A stretch of DNA of 64,000 nucleotides. It comes from Escherichia phage EC_OE_11. The notes below the pieces were generated by a model. That model was not told the DNA's origin, made no database searches, and saw only the letters and a list, made by a program, of their open reading frames with translations. Positions 28,879 through 36,899 of this stretch are shown one piece after another. The first letter of the stretch is position 1, and the number at the start of each line of letters is the position of its first letter. Position numbers and translations under genes: made by a program. The stretch lies in sequence record OQ108497.1; one strand, 5' to 3'.

Positions 28879-28935
28879 TCGCTTCGCTCGTCACCTTTCA
28901 GGTTTAGGGTAGCATGTTTTTCTGAAAAAGTCAAT
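28879..28935. repeat. intergenic conserved element, copy 1 (core TTAGGGTAGCATGTTTTT)
   Basis: 18-mer at 28904-28921 identical to 56766-56783; shared upstream TCGCT..CGCTCG. Confidence 0.55.
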
Positions 28936-28963
28936 ACTCTCCACAAAACTTTACAAAATACTT

Positions 28964-29236
28964 TTACATAGGTACAACAGAGTCTGTTTTGAAGTCGTAC
29001 ATATGATTTACACCTGTGATTTTTGACATAGAGATTGCACGTTTAACACCTGCAATTACCTGGTCTGTCTTCTTAATCTCTTCACGGAACTTACGCACAG
29101 TTAGAGAGAAGAAACGATGATCCATCCATTGACGATTCACACGATCACGCTTGAAGTGACGGAAATCTTCAATCTGTTTATTGCGCAATCGGCGCAGTAC
29201 ATGCAATAATTTATAGTAAGGGTGTTTATTTTTCAT
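28964..29236 (-). CDS. hypothetical protein (basic)
   Basis: 90-aa ORF. Confidence 0.5.
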   Translation of the reverse strand: MKNKHPYYKLLHVLRRLRNKQIEDFRHFKRDRVNRQWMDHRFFSLTVRKFREEIKKTDQVIAGVKRAISMSKITGVNHMYDFKTDSVVPM

Positions 29237-29239
29237 AAT

Positions 29240-29668
29240 TTATTCTCCAAATCGAAAATCGTCAATATCATCAAACCATACACAATGGTGAGTCCTTTCT
29301 TTTTCTGTTGCAGACATTGTTTCAACAGCTTTAGGACTAAGCACAACAGGAATGTAACGAATAGGTCGTTCATAATAGTAGCCATACTTTTCTGTATTAG
29401 CTGCCTCAAAGACTTTACGGCGTTCTTCAAGATCTTCTATGGTGAATCCTACCATATAACCATCATATTTGCTACCCCATCCTTCCTCACTTTCAACAAT
29501 CGGGATATAAAAGCCGTTACGCGTCCCTGACGCTGGTTCTTCTTGAGCCTGAAGGCAAGCCTCCCATCCTGCTTTAAAGACGTTATAGAGCGATTTACGC
29601 ACGTTATGAGTGCCGCTTTCGCTTGCTGGATAGAGTTCATTAAATTTATCTTGGATTTGTTGTGTCAT
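29240..29668 (-). CDS. hypothetical protein
   Basis: 142-aa ORF. Confidence 0.5.
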   Translation of the reverse strand: MTQQIQDKFNELYPASESGTHNVRKSLYNVFKAGWEACLQAQEEPASGTRNGFYIPIVESEEGWGSKYDGYMVGFTIEDLEERRKVFEAANTEKYGYYYERPIRYIPVVLSPKAVETMSATEKERTHHCVWFDDIDDFRFGE

Positions 29669-29811
29669 ACTCGCCCCTTAGTGATTATTTGACCAGCTAA
29701 ACAAATAGCTTGTAGTACAATAAAGAAGTAGCCTAATTTTACACTACCCAATACCCAGAATGCAATGTTTGCAAACAAACAAAAAGCAATATTAAGTCTA
29801 AAGAATAACAT
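29665..29811 (-). CDS. small membrane peptide (48 aa), not in ORF track
   Basis: ATG at 29811 with GGGGA SD; stop overlaps next ATG (ATGA coupling). Confidence 0.4.
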   Translation of the reverse strand: MLFFRLNIAFCLFANIAFWVLGSVKLGYFFIVLQAICLAGQIITKGRV

Positions 29812-30012
29812 TTAATCCCCTTCATATTTAGGTAAAGGCATATATGCCACAATAGGAGGGTAATCAAAGTGAAAATGATGGTTCACCACAATAATCTTAC
29901 CAGACATACTTTTATGCACTTCACAATACCCTTTTTCACCATCTTCCATTACCACCACATACTCACCTAGTGGGATATCGTATGGATCTTCTACTTTTAC
30001 CCATTCTGTCAT
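29812..30012 (-). CDS. hypothetical protein (66 aa)
   Basis: Start moved to ATG at 30012 with GAGGAG SD. Confidence 0.5.
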   Translation of the reverse strand: MTEWVKVEDPYDIPLGEYVVVMEDGEKGYCEVHKSMSGKIIVVNHHFHFDYPPIVAYMPLPKYEGD

Positions 30013-30161
30013 TTTGTAAACTCCTCGTAGTAAGGTAAAGCCTTGACCAGTTGTTCTGAAGTGCCATTTTGCACCCACGTAACACCATTGTCAACAGAAA
30101 CATACCCTTTTTTGTCAATAAATTTACGCAGACAGCCAGTGAACTTATTTTTGTAGATCAT
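30009..30161 (-). CDS. small hypothetical protein (50 aa), not in ORF track
   Basis: ATGA coupling at both ends (30158-30161 and 30009-30012). Confidence 0.4.
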   Translation of the reverse strand: MIYKNKFTGCLRKFIDKKGYVSVDNGVTWVQNGTSEQLVKALPYYEEFTK

Positions 30162-30325
30162 TTCTTCTTTCCTTTTTGATTACAGCCCCCATCACTCTCT
30201 TGCCAAACTTCCGATCTGAATTCCATCTCAAACCACTCACCACCGCAAAAACGGTTATGTTCAACACGTCTATCTTCCTTCATTGCTTCTTTAGCTTCGA
30301 TAGAAGTTAGTTCGATGTTTTGCAT
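30158..30325 (-). CDS. small hypothetical protein (55 aa); first gene of minus-strand transcription unit
   Basis: ATG at 30325 with AAGGAG SD; ORF-track version extended into promoter region. Confidence 0.5.
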   Translation of the reverse strand: MQNIELTSIEAKEAMKEDRRVEHNRFCGGEWFEMEFRSEVWQESDGGCNQKGKKK

Positions 30326-30355
30326 TTGTTTTTCTCCTTTCATTTGGTATGCGCT

Positions 30356-30384
30356 AATCTTAACAAAATAAAAATGTATGTCAA
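30356..30384 (-). promoter_or_regulatory. sigma70-like promoter driving the minus-strand block
   Basis: On minus strand TTGACA-16nt-TAAGAT about 25 nt upstream of 30325 start. Confidence 0.45.
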
Positions 30385-30392
30385 TACTTGAT

Positions 30393-30425
30393 TTGACATT
30401 AGTTTCTGGTACTCTGTGGGTATCG
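30393..30425 (+). promoter_or_regulatory. possible divergent plus-strand promoter
   Basis: TTGACA at 30393-30398; -10 not clear. Confidence 0.3.
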
Positions 30426-30443
30426 TAACAAAAGAGGTTAGAT

Positions 30444-30734
30444 ATGAACATCACACTAGCAACTAAGAATATTACAGAAACTTTTGATGGTTTTGGCATT
30501 ATTATTGCTGTTCATGGGCATAACGAAAAATGGTTAGCCTCTTTTGAAGAGGACAAAGAACGTAATGTACGTTTGAATGCACCAATCAAAGTTTTACACC
30601 AGGTAAGTGAGAATAAGAAACAATGGAGATCATACAAAGAGTGGAACATTACGAACGAGTTAATACACAAACTTGACAAAGTGATAAACATGTTCGACAA
30701 TGCACCAAGCAGTGCAAAACGTGTTTTACTATAA
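30444..30734 (+). CDS. hypothetical protein
   Basis: 96-aa ORF, AGAGG SD. Confidence 0.5.
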   Translation: MNITLATKNITETFDGFGIIIAVHGHNEKWLASFEEDKERNVRLNAPIKVLHQVSENKKQWRSYKEWNITNELIHKLDKVINMFDNAPSSAKRVLL

Positions 30735-30745
30735 AGGAGAGTGAT

Positions 30746-31099
30746 ATGAAAATTGTACACGATGAAATTCAATTTGAAGAGAGTGATCTTCTTGATCTGG
30801 ATGTGACACTAAGTAAACTGATCTACAACGCACTTTCTGCATATCGTGCAAAAGTGATAGCCACAAACAATGTTAAAATTCCTAGTGGGTTACTTCGTCG
30901 GATGTACCCACACGCTAAAGGTGACTATCTACCTTATATGGAAGAACGAGCAGCAGAACACTGGTTAGAAATTCTTGAAAAAATGGAGTCCTCTTTTAAA
31001 GATTCAACTCCACCTGAAGAAGTTAATGAAAAACAACGGCAAGAGCGTTTAGAAGGTCGTATTTTGTTTGCTAAGTATTTCCATAATTTGTGGAGCTAA
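30746..31099 (+). CDS. hypothetical protein
   Basis: 117-aa ORF, AAAGGAG SD. Confidence 0.55.
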   Translation: MKIVHDEIQFEESDLLDLDVTLSKLIYNALSAYRAKVIATNNVKIPSGLLRRMYPHAKGDYLPYMEERAAEHWLEILEKMESSFKDSTPPEEVNEKQRQERLEGRILFAKYFHNLWS

Positions 31100-31197
31100 A
31101 CATATCTGGTAAAATCACTTATATGTTCTTAGTATACTTGTGTAAAGAAGTTATCTAATAGGTGTTGAGTGGACTATTAAATTAGGAGGGCTTTAAT

Positions 31198-31536
31198 ATG
31201 TTTAGTAAAGAAATGAGAGAAGTAATTGCCACTTTGGTAGTTGATCATGGTGTTGAAGTTGAGCGTCACGTTTGGAACGATGAACCTCCTTTCTTCGATT
31301 TGGCATCACGAGCTAAAAGTCATATGCACCTGCTGGAAGACGGTAATGAGTTTGTTCTCCGTATGCGTTATGATCGAGAGTTTCGAATTCCGCTTGACAC
31401 TGAACCAGATGGTGTAGTAATGTGGTTGGCAGAACATTTCGCATACGATGCACTACATGGAAGAAGTTTTGGTAATGAGCGTTGGGATGCCATTTGTCGT
31501 AAGCATAATATTGAACCAGAGTACGGAGTTTTATAA
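31198..31536 (+). CDS. hypothetical protein
   Basis: 112-aa ORF, AGGAGGG SD. Confidence 0.55.
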   Translation: MFSKEMREVIATLVVDHGVEVERHVWNDEPPFFDLASRAKSHMHLLEDGNEFVLRMRYDREFRIPLDTEPDGVVMWLAEHFAYDALHGRSFGNERWDAICRKHNIEPEYGVL

Positions 31537-31787
31537 TGTTAAGTATCAAACCTAAAATGATAACAGCAGATGAAGCAGACTTTATTTTCAAATGTGGACG
31601 TGTATGGAGAGAATTCACAAAAGGGAATGAAGTGGTTGTTGTTGTCGAACACAAGATATCTATCCAGGATCTGTTTGGACAATATGTTGATGTTATTAAA
31701 TTAGGTATTGACAAGGGTTTAGTTGAGGTGTTAACATTAGATCAAGTTGAAGCAGAGCACCTCGATAAAGTGGTGGTTGAATTTTAA
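31536..31787 (+). CDS. hypothetical protein
   Basis: 83-aa ORF, coupled. Confidence 0.5.
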   Translation: MLSIKPKMITADEADFIFKCGRVWREFTKGNEVVVVVEHKISIQDLFGQYVDVIKLGIDKGLVEVLTLDQVEAEHLDKVVVEF

Positions 31788-31807
31788 AATACAGACGGGA
31801 GAAAGGT

Positions 31808-31981
31808 ATGAGTTTCTTTGTTACAGTATTTATGGCTATCTGGATTGTAGTCTCACTCGTTCTTTTCCTGGTGGGTTGTCTGGAAGAGATTAAGAAAGCA
31901 GTTATTTGCGGTTTCTTTGGCTTTATTATCTCTCCTGCCTGGATGTGGTTCTTCATTATGATTGGTTTCCTTAAAAGGTAA
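31808..31981 (+). CDS. small membrane protein (57 aa), not in ORF track
   Basis: ATG 31808 with GGGAGAAAGG SD; two TM helices. Confidence 0.45.
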   Translation: MSFFVTVFMAIWIVVSLVLFLVGCLEEIKKAVICGFFGFIISPAWMWFFIMIGFLKR

Positions 31982-31995
31982 GTGAGGAATAAAGA

Positions 31996-32433
31996 ATGAG
32001 TAAAACAAACGCAATCGCAGATAAAGCAACGGATGTACTTCTGAACATGGTTAACGTCACTATTCAAACAATGAGTGATGTTGTGGAGTTTGGAAAACAA
32101 CAAATTCCAGAAGTAATCCATCAATTACTAGTGTGGAAAGCAGTATCCGCAGGTTTATGGCAACTTTTTAGTATTTGCTTTATGTTTATTACTTTTATTG
32201 CTGTGCGGAACCTCGTAAAAGCAATTAAAGATAAAGAATGCCTGTGGTCACGAGATCGCTATGGTGAAGTATCTGCTTTACCTATTGTTGGTCTTGTTGT
32301 CTGTGCTTTCTTTTTCTTTTTAGGATTTGTTATTTTCTTTTCGAATTTTGATTGGCTAAAAATCATTATTGCACCAAAAGTGTATCTGATTGAATTTGCT
32401 GCTGATTTAATTCGTTCATCTCAACAAAAATAA
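31996..32433 (+). CDS. membrane protein
   Basis: 145 aa, several TM helices. Confidence 0.55.
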   Translation: MSKTNAIADKATDVLLNMVNVTIQTMSDVVEFGKQQIPEVIHQLLVWKAVSAGLWQLFSICFMFITFIAVRNLVKAIKDKECLWSRDRYGEVSALPIVGLVVCAFFFFLGFVIFFSNFDWLKIIIAPKVYLIEFAADLIRSSQQK

Positions 32434-32444
32434 AAGGGGTTAAA

Positions 32445-33572
32445 ATGAAATACACGATTTATGGTGATATTGTAAGTGTAAATAAAGATATGGGTGTGGA
32501 ATCTAATTATCTTCCACCTGGATTCTATACTGTTAGTCGTGATCCCCTTGGCAATTATTTTTTAAGCCGTGGTAATCTAACAGGTGTACCGGATGTTCTG
32601 TATGGTGAAACAGAAAAACGAGCAAATCACGTTATCCGTACATTCCATCGCCGGAGTGCACAAGGTAAAAATACAGGTTTGCTTCTGACAGGAACTAAGG
32701 GCAGTGGTAAAACTATGTTAGCCAAGCTCATTAGTCGTGACCTTGTAGAAGAAGGTATTCCAACTATTATGGTTACTCAAGCCTACAGTGATGCTAATTT
32801 CATTGAACTTATTAGCAAGATCACCGACAAAGCAGTGATTATTTTTGACGAGTTTGATAAAGTATATGAGAAGAAACAAGATCAAGAAGCACTTCTCACT
32901 TTGTTAGATGGTACTGGCAGTGGTAATAAACTGTTTATTCTAACTAAAAACAGTGGCTTTATCTCTGAATTCTTTCTAAATCGTCCTAGTCGTGTGTTTT
33001 ATAATTTTAATTATGATAAAATCTCACTAGAAACTATGATTGACTATTTAGATAAAAACCTGGATAACAAAGCACACTTTGATAATTTCCAAAGACTTTG
33101 GGATGTAAGTTTAGAGTTGTCCTTTGATGTGATCCAAGGTATAGTAGAAGAACTTAATTTCTACCCTGATTTATCCTTTAAAGAATGCATCTCTATGATG
33201 GGCGTTTCTTTGGGTGGTGGTAATAAATGGGATATCAGTAGCGTTATTATTAATGGAAAACTTCAGAAAGTTAGCTGGGTATCTAGTTGGCATAACTTTA
33301 CACCTGCAATCTTTTTAGGTGGCTCGTGCACACTAGACGTGTACTTGTCATCTCCAAGTGATGCAGATTCTAAAGAAGCCCTTGCTAATAGCTCTTACGT
33401 GGTTTTTGATGATGAAGGCGATGCTCGAATTCCGTTGAATGCGACAAAAATGAAAGCAGACCTTATCACAGGCGGTAAAATCGTTGTGTTTAGTGATGAT
33501 CCAGAAGATTCTTTCCGTATTGTTCTGGAACCAACTATCACCAATGGTGCAACTTTGGCAAGTGTGTTTTAA
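32445..33572 (+). CDS. AAA+ ATPase (paralog 2)
   Basis: Walker A GTKGSGKT, Walker B IIFDEFDK, FILTKN; collinear with 17558..18718. Confidence 0.7.
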   Translation: MKYTIYGDIVSVNKDMGVESNYLPPGFYTVSRDPLGNYFLSRGNLTGVPDVLYGETEKRANHVIRTFHRRSAQGKNTGLLLTGTKGSGKTMLAKLISRDLVEEGIPTIMVTQAYSDANFIELISKITDKAVIIFDEFDKVYEKKQDQEALLTLLDGTGSGNKLFILTKNSGFISEFFLNRPSRVFYNFNYDKISLETMIDYLDKNLDNKAHFDNFQRLWDVSLELSFDVIQGIVEELNFYPDLSFKECISMMGVSLGGGNKWDISSVIINGKLQKVSWVSSWHNFTPAIFLGGSCTLDVYLSSPSDADSKEALANSSYVVFDDEGDARIPLNATKMKADLITGGKIVVFSDDPEDSFRIVLEPTITNGATLASVF

Positions 33573-33585
33573 GTAAGCCAGCAAA

Positions 33586-33610
33586 TAAAAACCCGCTTCG
33601 GCGGGTTTTC
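33586..33610 (+). terminator. intrinsic terminator
   Basis: AAACCCGC-ttcg-GCGGGTTTTCTTGTAT; identical copy at 60338-60361. Confidence 0.8.
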
Positions 33611-33646
33611 TTGTATTGATGCCAGATTTAATAAAAGGAGTAGTAG

Positions 33647-34819
33647 ATGGTAGCACTAAAATCATGGGAACAATATAAAGAAGAATTAATACCCCTTGCT
33701 AAAAATCACAATATTCAAATCTTGGGTTATGTTGGTGAATGGAAAGGGAACAAGACTAAACTTAAGCTATCTTGCCCTAAACATGGAGAGTGGAACACCA
33801 CGAACATTAATGATTTTAAGAAGGGACGTGGTTGTCCTATCTGTTCTGGTAAGAAGCCGTTAACATGGGAAACAGAATTGCCGATCTTGGAAGAGATAGC
33901 ACAGAAGAGGGGGTATCAGGTGTTAGGGTACGTGGGAGAATGGAAAGGGAATAAAACAAAACTTGATTTGTTGTGTCATTGTGGTAATAAATGGGATACT
34001 ACAAGTATTAACAATTTTAAACGTGGTAGCGGTTGTCCACAATGTAAGAGGGAGAGACAAACAATGTCCGACGATCAACATATTGCAGATTTCTTTTCTA
34101 CAGGGGAATTTAAGGAAGGCACTATCTTCACCAATACAGGGAAACGTAACAAGCGTGATGCAGTATGGATGGTTGAGTGTCCTGTTTGCTCCCATGATGA
34201 ATATGTTCAAGCAGGTGTTTGTGATGGTAAATTTTACTCTGCAGGACATAACCTTAAACAAGGGTATATTCCGTGTCGTTGTGGGAACTATCAGTATACA
34301 GAAGACCAGATCACCTATAGGGTAAAAAAGGAAGTAGAAGGGAAAGGGTATGTCTGGGTAGATTGGATTACCAAACCCTCTTCTATAGGTAAGTTTAAAT
34401 ATCTTTGTCTTGTGCATGGTGAGCAGATAGGGAGTGCTCGTAATTTATTAAGCCTCGGTCAAGGTTGTCCACAGTGTGCTGGTCATAATCAACAGCAATT
34501 ATATATTAATATTGTTAAAGATAATGATATTATAGTTGCTCTTAAGTTTGGCATAGCTAAAGATAGTGACAGGCGATTAAACAATCAAAATAGGCGTAAT
34601 ATGTTTTTTATGGAGCGTATTTGTTTATATGATTTTAGTACAGTGAAACAGTGTAAGGCTGCTGAAAGAGCTATAAAGAAAAAACTAAAAACTGGTATTT
34701 TAACAGCAAGAGAGTTGAAAGATGGTTATACAGAAACAGTAAGTGTTTCTGATTTGGAAAATCTTCAAAAAATTATTACACAATATGGTGGCAAGTTAGT
34801 ATACAGTAAGGAGGTGTAA
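33647..34819 (+). CDS. zinc-ribbon-repeat protein with C-terminal GIY-YIG-like (T5orf172/MUG113-type) domain
   Basis: Two about 45-aa repeats (GYVGEWKGNKTKL..C..G.W.TT.IN.FK.G.GCP.C) plus more CxxC pairs; C-terminal LYINIV...KFGIAKDSDRRL...AERAIKKKL. Confidence 0.45.
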   Translation: MVALKSWEQYKEELIPLAKNHNIQILGYVGEWKGNKTKLKLSCPKHGEWNTTNINDFKKGRGCPICSGKKPLTWETELPILEEIAQKRGYQVLGYVGEWKGNKTKLDLLCHCGNKWDTTSINNFKRGSGCPQCKRERQTMSDDQHIADFFSTGEFKEGTIFTNTGKRNKRDAVWMVECPVCSHDEYVQAGVCDGKFYSAGHNLKQGYIPCRCGNYQYTEDQITYRVKKEVEGKGYVWVDWITKPSSIGKFKYLCLVHGEQIGSARNLLSLGQGCPQCAGHNQQQLYINIVKDNDIIVALKFGIAKDSDRRLNNQNRRNMFFMERICLYDFSTVKQCKAAERAIKKKLKTGILTARELKDGYTETVSVSDLENLQKIITQYGGKLVYSKEV

Positions 34820-35371
34820 ATGCGGATTACTGATAAGTATGTGTTCTTCTTCTCGGCAAAAGATGAATTTAGCAACTGGTATCTATCATCTTTTATTGAA
34901 CCTTTAGCTCCCAAGTATAATAATTCTATTACAAGTTCTGTTGAATTTACTTGTGTGGAACAATATATGATGTGGAGAAAAGCATGTTTGTTTTATGATT
35001 ACAACATTGCATCTTCTATTTTAACCGGAGATCTAAGATATACAGGAGAAAAAGAACAGGCATATTATAAGCGACTAGGTAGATTAGTTAAAGATTACGA
35101 TGAAGCTACTTGGACTTCTTTACGGGAGAAGATTGTCAAGCGTGGTTTGTATCTTAAATACACACAAAATGAAGATCTCAAAAATAAACTTATAGCTTAC
35201 GCAGATAAGGAGTTTGTAGAGGCAAGTCCTTATGATTCTATTTATGGTATCAAAATGGGGATGTGGGATCGGGACGTGGAAAATAAGGATTGTTGGAAAG
35301 GACAAAATCTTTTAGGAAAATGGCATACAGACCTTGCTGTTTATCTAAAATCACAATCTGATATTTCCTGA
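34820..35371 (+). CDS. NADAR-family protein (YbiA-like)
   Basis: FFFSAKDEFSNW, CVEQYMMWRKA, EASPYDSIYGIK, GQNLLGKW align to YbiA motifs. Confidence 0.7.
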   Translation: MRITDKYVFFFSAKDEFSNWYLSSFIEPLAPKYNNSITSSVEFTCVEQYMMWRKACLFYDYNIASSILTGDLRYTGEKEQAYYKRLGRLVKDYDEATWTSLREKIVKRGLYLKYTQNEDLKNKLIAYADKEFVEASPYDSIYGIKMGMWDRDVENKDCWKGQNLLGKWHTDLAVYLKSQSDIS

Positions 35372-35585
35372 TATTTTGAAAATTTTTACTTTTATAAAAA
35401 GGGGTGTGGGTTTCATGTACGGAAATCCACCCTCTGAATAATATATCCAGAGTAAATATTATTCTGTACTCTGTTAATAAAGTATTTAATTTGTTTGTTG
35501 GACTATGGTATCTGATCTTTAAAAGGCATACTATCTCTTAACTACTATTTATAACAGAACAGTAAAATCATTTTTATAAAAAGGA

Positions 35586-35790
35586 CAAAATTATTTAAAG
35601 TTTTTACAGATTTTTGGATACAAATTTTGAAAATGAAAAGTTCAAGTTTGGTCAAAATTATTTAAAGTTTTTGTACGTATTTCTATCCAGATTTTGAAAA
35701 TGAAAACTTCAATTTTTTAAAAATTCCCCAGTTTATTTAAAGTTTTTTTGCCTTTTTCCGTAGAAAAATCAAAAATGAAAAGTTCAATTT
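35586..35790. repeat. 3 tandem copies of about 67-bp AT-rich unit
   Basis: Each unit has AAAATTATTTAAAGTTTTT and ATTTTGAAAATGAAAAGTTCAA. Confidence 0.7.
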
Positions 35791-35811
35791 CGTGTTTTTA
35801 TAGGTGTGCGT

Positions 35812-35925
35812 ATGATAATCATTCTCATTTGTAAATGAGAATCATTATCATTTAATTATGTAAGTGATAATCATTCTCAGTAAGAGAATGAGAATCATTA
35901 GCAAATGAGAATTTTTCTCATTTAG
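35812..35925. promoter_or_regulatory. cluster of Fur-box-like motifs (GATAATCATTCTCATT / AATGAGAATCATTATC)
   Basis: At least 5 units in both orientations resembling Fur consensus GATAATGATAATCATTATC. Confidence 0.5.
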
Positions 35926-35929
35926 AGAA

Positions 35930-36480
35930 TAACGCGCAGGGGTGGTGTTTGTCTCGCGCTCCCGTGTCCCTCGCCATACAATAAGAATAGCATAACCAAC
36001 AACAAAAGCAAGCGATTATTTTTATCTTTACATTTCTTTACAAATTTATTTTAGACGAGCTACCGGCGATCAACCTTCCAACCAGTGCCCCTGGTATGTT
36101 AGCCCCGCCTTTACGCCGTGGGGGTGGCGCTTCCTCTTCTGTATGTAAAACAGTATAAGCCCGATCCCTGGGCTTGTCAAGATTATTTTTTGTTTTCTTG
36201 CCAGGAAAGGACACCTAACCAAAAATACATATCGCCCCGCGCCCCTGGCGGGATCTTGCTTTCCCCGCCGCCACTGCAAGCCCATAAATAACCATCAGCG
36301 AACGGATCAAAATGTTCTATCTCTTCCACCTTATGATCGCCCAGGTTGAGAACGGTTTCAACCTTTAAGCCCGTTGCGCTTGCTACCTGGTGCACCGTGC
36401 CGCCTTGCCAGCCCAATGAGTGCATGAGATGTAAAGGAGTATTTGTCATGGTATCGCCCTTTCTTTGATGTGCGCCCTGG
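35930..36480. other. GC-rich compositional island inside AT-rich non-coding hub
   Basis: Visibly GC-rich versus flanks; only weak ORFs. Confidence 0.5.
36183..36449 (-). CDS. hypothetical protein (88 aa) within GC-rich island; possibly acquired
   Basis: ATG 36449 with AAAGGGCG SD-like; atypical codon composition. Confidence 0.3.
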   Translation of the reverse strand: MTNTPLHLMHSLGWQGGTVHQVASATGLKVETVLNLGDHKVEEIEHFDPFADGYLWACSGGGESKIPPGARGDMYFWLGVLSWQENKK

Positions 36481-36714
36481 TTGGCGCGGTAGAAAGATAA
36501 TAGCCGTTTCCTTTATAGATAGCAAGCAAAAAGAAATGAAAAAAAGATTAAAAAATGGTTGACGTTCCTCACCTGGTAGCGTAGTATTCATCTTGTCGAG
36601 GGGGGCAAGGCACAACGACAATAAACAATAGGCGGGTGCAATGCAGGACGGGCAAAGGTGAGGATCTCCACAATCCACCGTCACAATAACATTACTTATA
36701 AAAGGTTGATAACG

Positions 36715-36810
36715 ATGATCAAGAAAGAAAACAGCTTGACGGTTGGAACGATTAACGCTATCATTCTAGCCGTTCCATTTTGGATTGTAGTAGCGGTTGT
36801 TATTTTCTAA
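36715..36810 (+). CDS. small membrane peptide (31 aa), speculative
   Basis: ATG 36715; single hydrophobic helix; weak SD. Confidence 0.25.
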   Translation: MIKKENSLTVGTINAIILAVPFWIVVAVVIF

Positions 36811-36819
36811 AAAATATTC

Positions 36820-36878
36820 TTGACAACGTTTTTTAATCTGATAAGATGTATCACATAGGGCGGCAATAGTGCCGCTCA
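36820..36878 (+). promoter_or_regulatory. promoter + 5'-leader stem-loop cassette (PeSL-like, type B)
   Basis: TTGACA-16nt-TAAGAT then GCGGC-aatagt-GCCGC hairpin, SD, ATG 36900. Confidence 0.55.
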
Positions 36879-36899
36879 TAACAGAAGAGAGAAATAATC

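Noticed and set aside
30158-30499. 113-aa version of the minus-strand ORF
   Set aside because: Extends through the divergent promoter region; an internal ATG at 30325 has an AAGGAG SD, so the gene was shortened to 30158..30325.
31313-32124. Two minus-strand ORFs (133 and 142 aa) from the track
   Set aside because: Antisense to a run of SD-preceded plus-strand genes; no SD of their own.
35586-35925. Possible CRISPR array
   Set aside because: Repeats are about 67 bp, imperfect and AT-rich, with no unique spacers of regular length and no cas genes nearby.
35930-36100. tRNA or tmRNA-like gene in the GC-rich island and other intergenic gaps
   Set aside because: I looked for T-loop-like GGTTCGA(A/T)TCC and acceptor-stem pairing and found no convincing cloverleaf; cannot be excluded without tRNAscan-SE or Aragorn.
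36070-36684. Minus-strand ORFs 36070..36285 and 36358..36684 in the GC-rich island
   Set aside because: No SD, Arg/Pro/Gly-rich translations typical of random frames in GC-rich DNA; only 36183..36449 kept, at low confidence.
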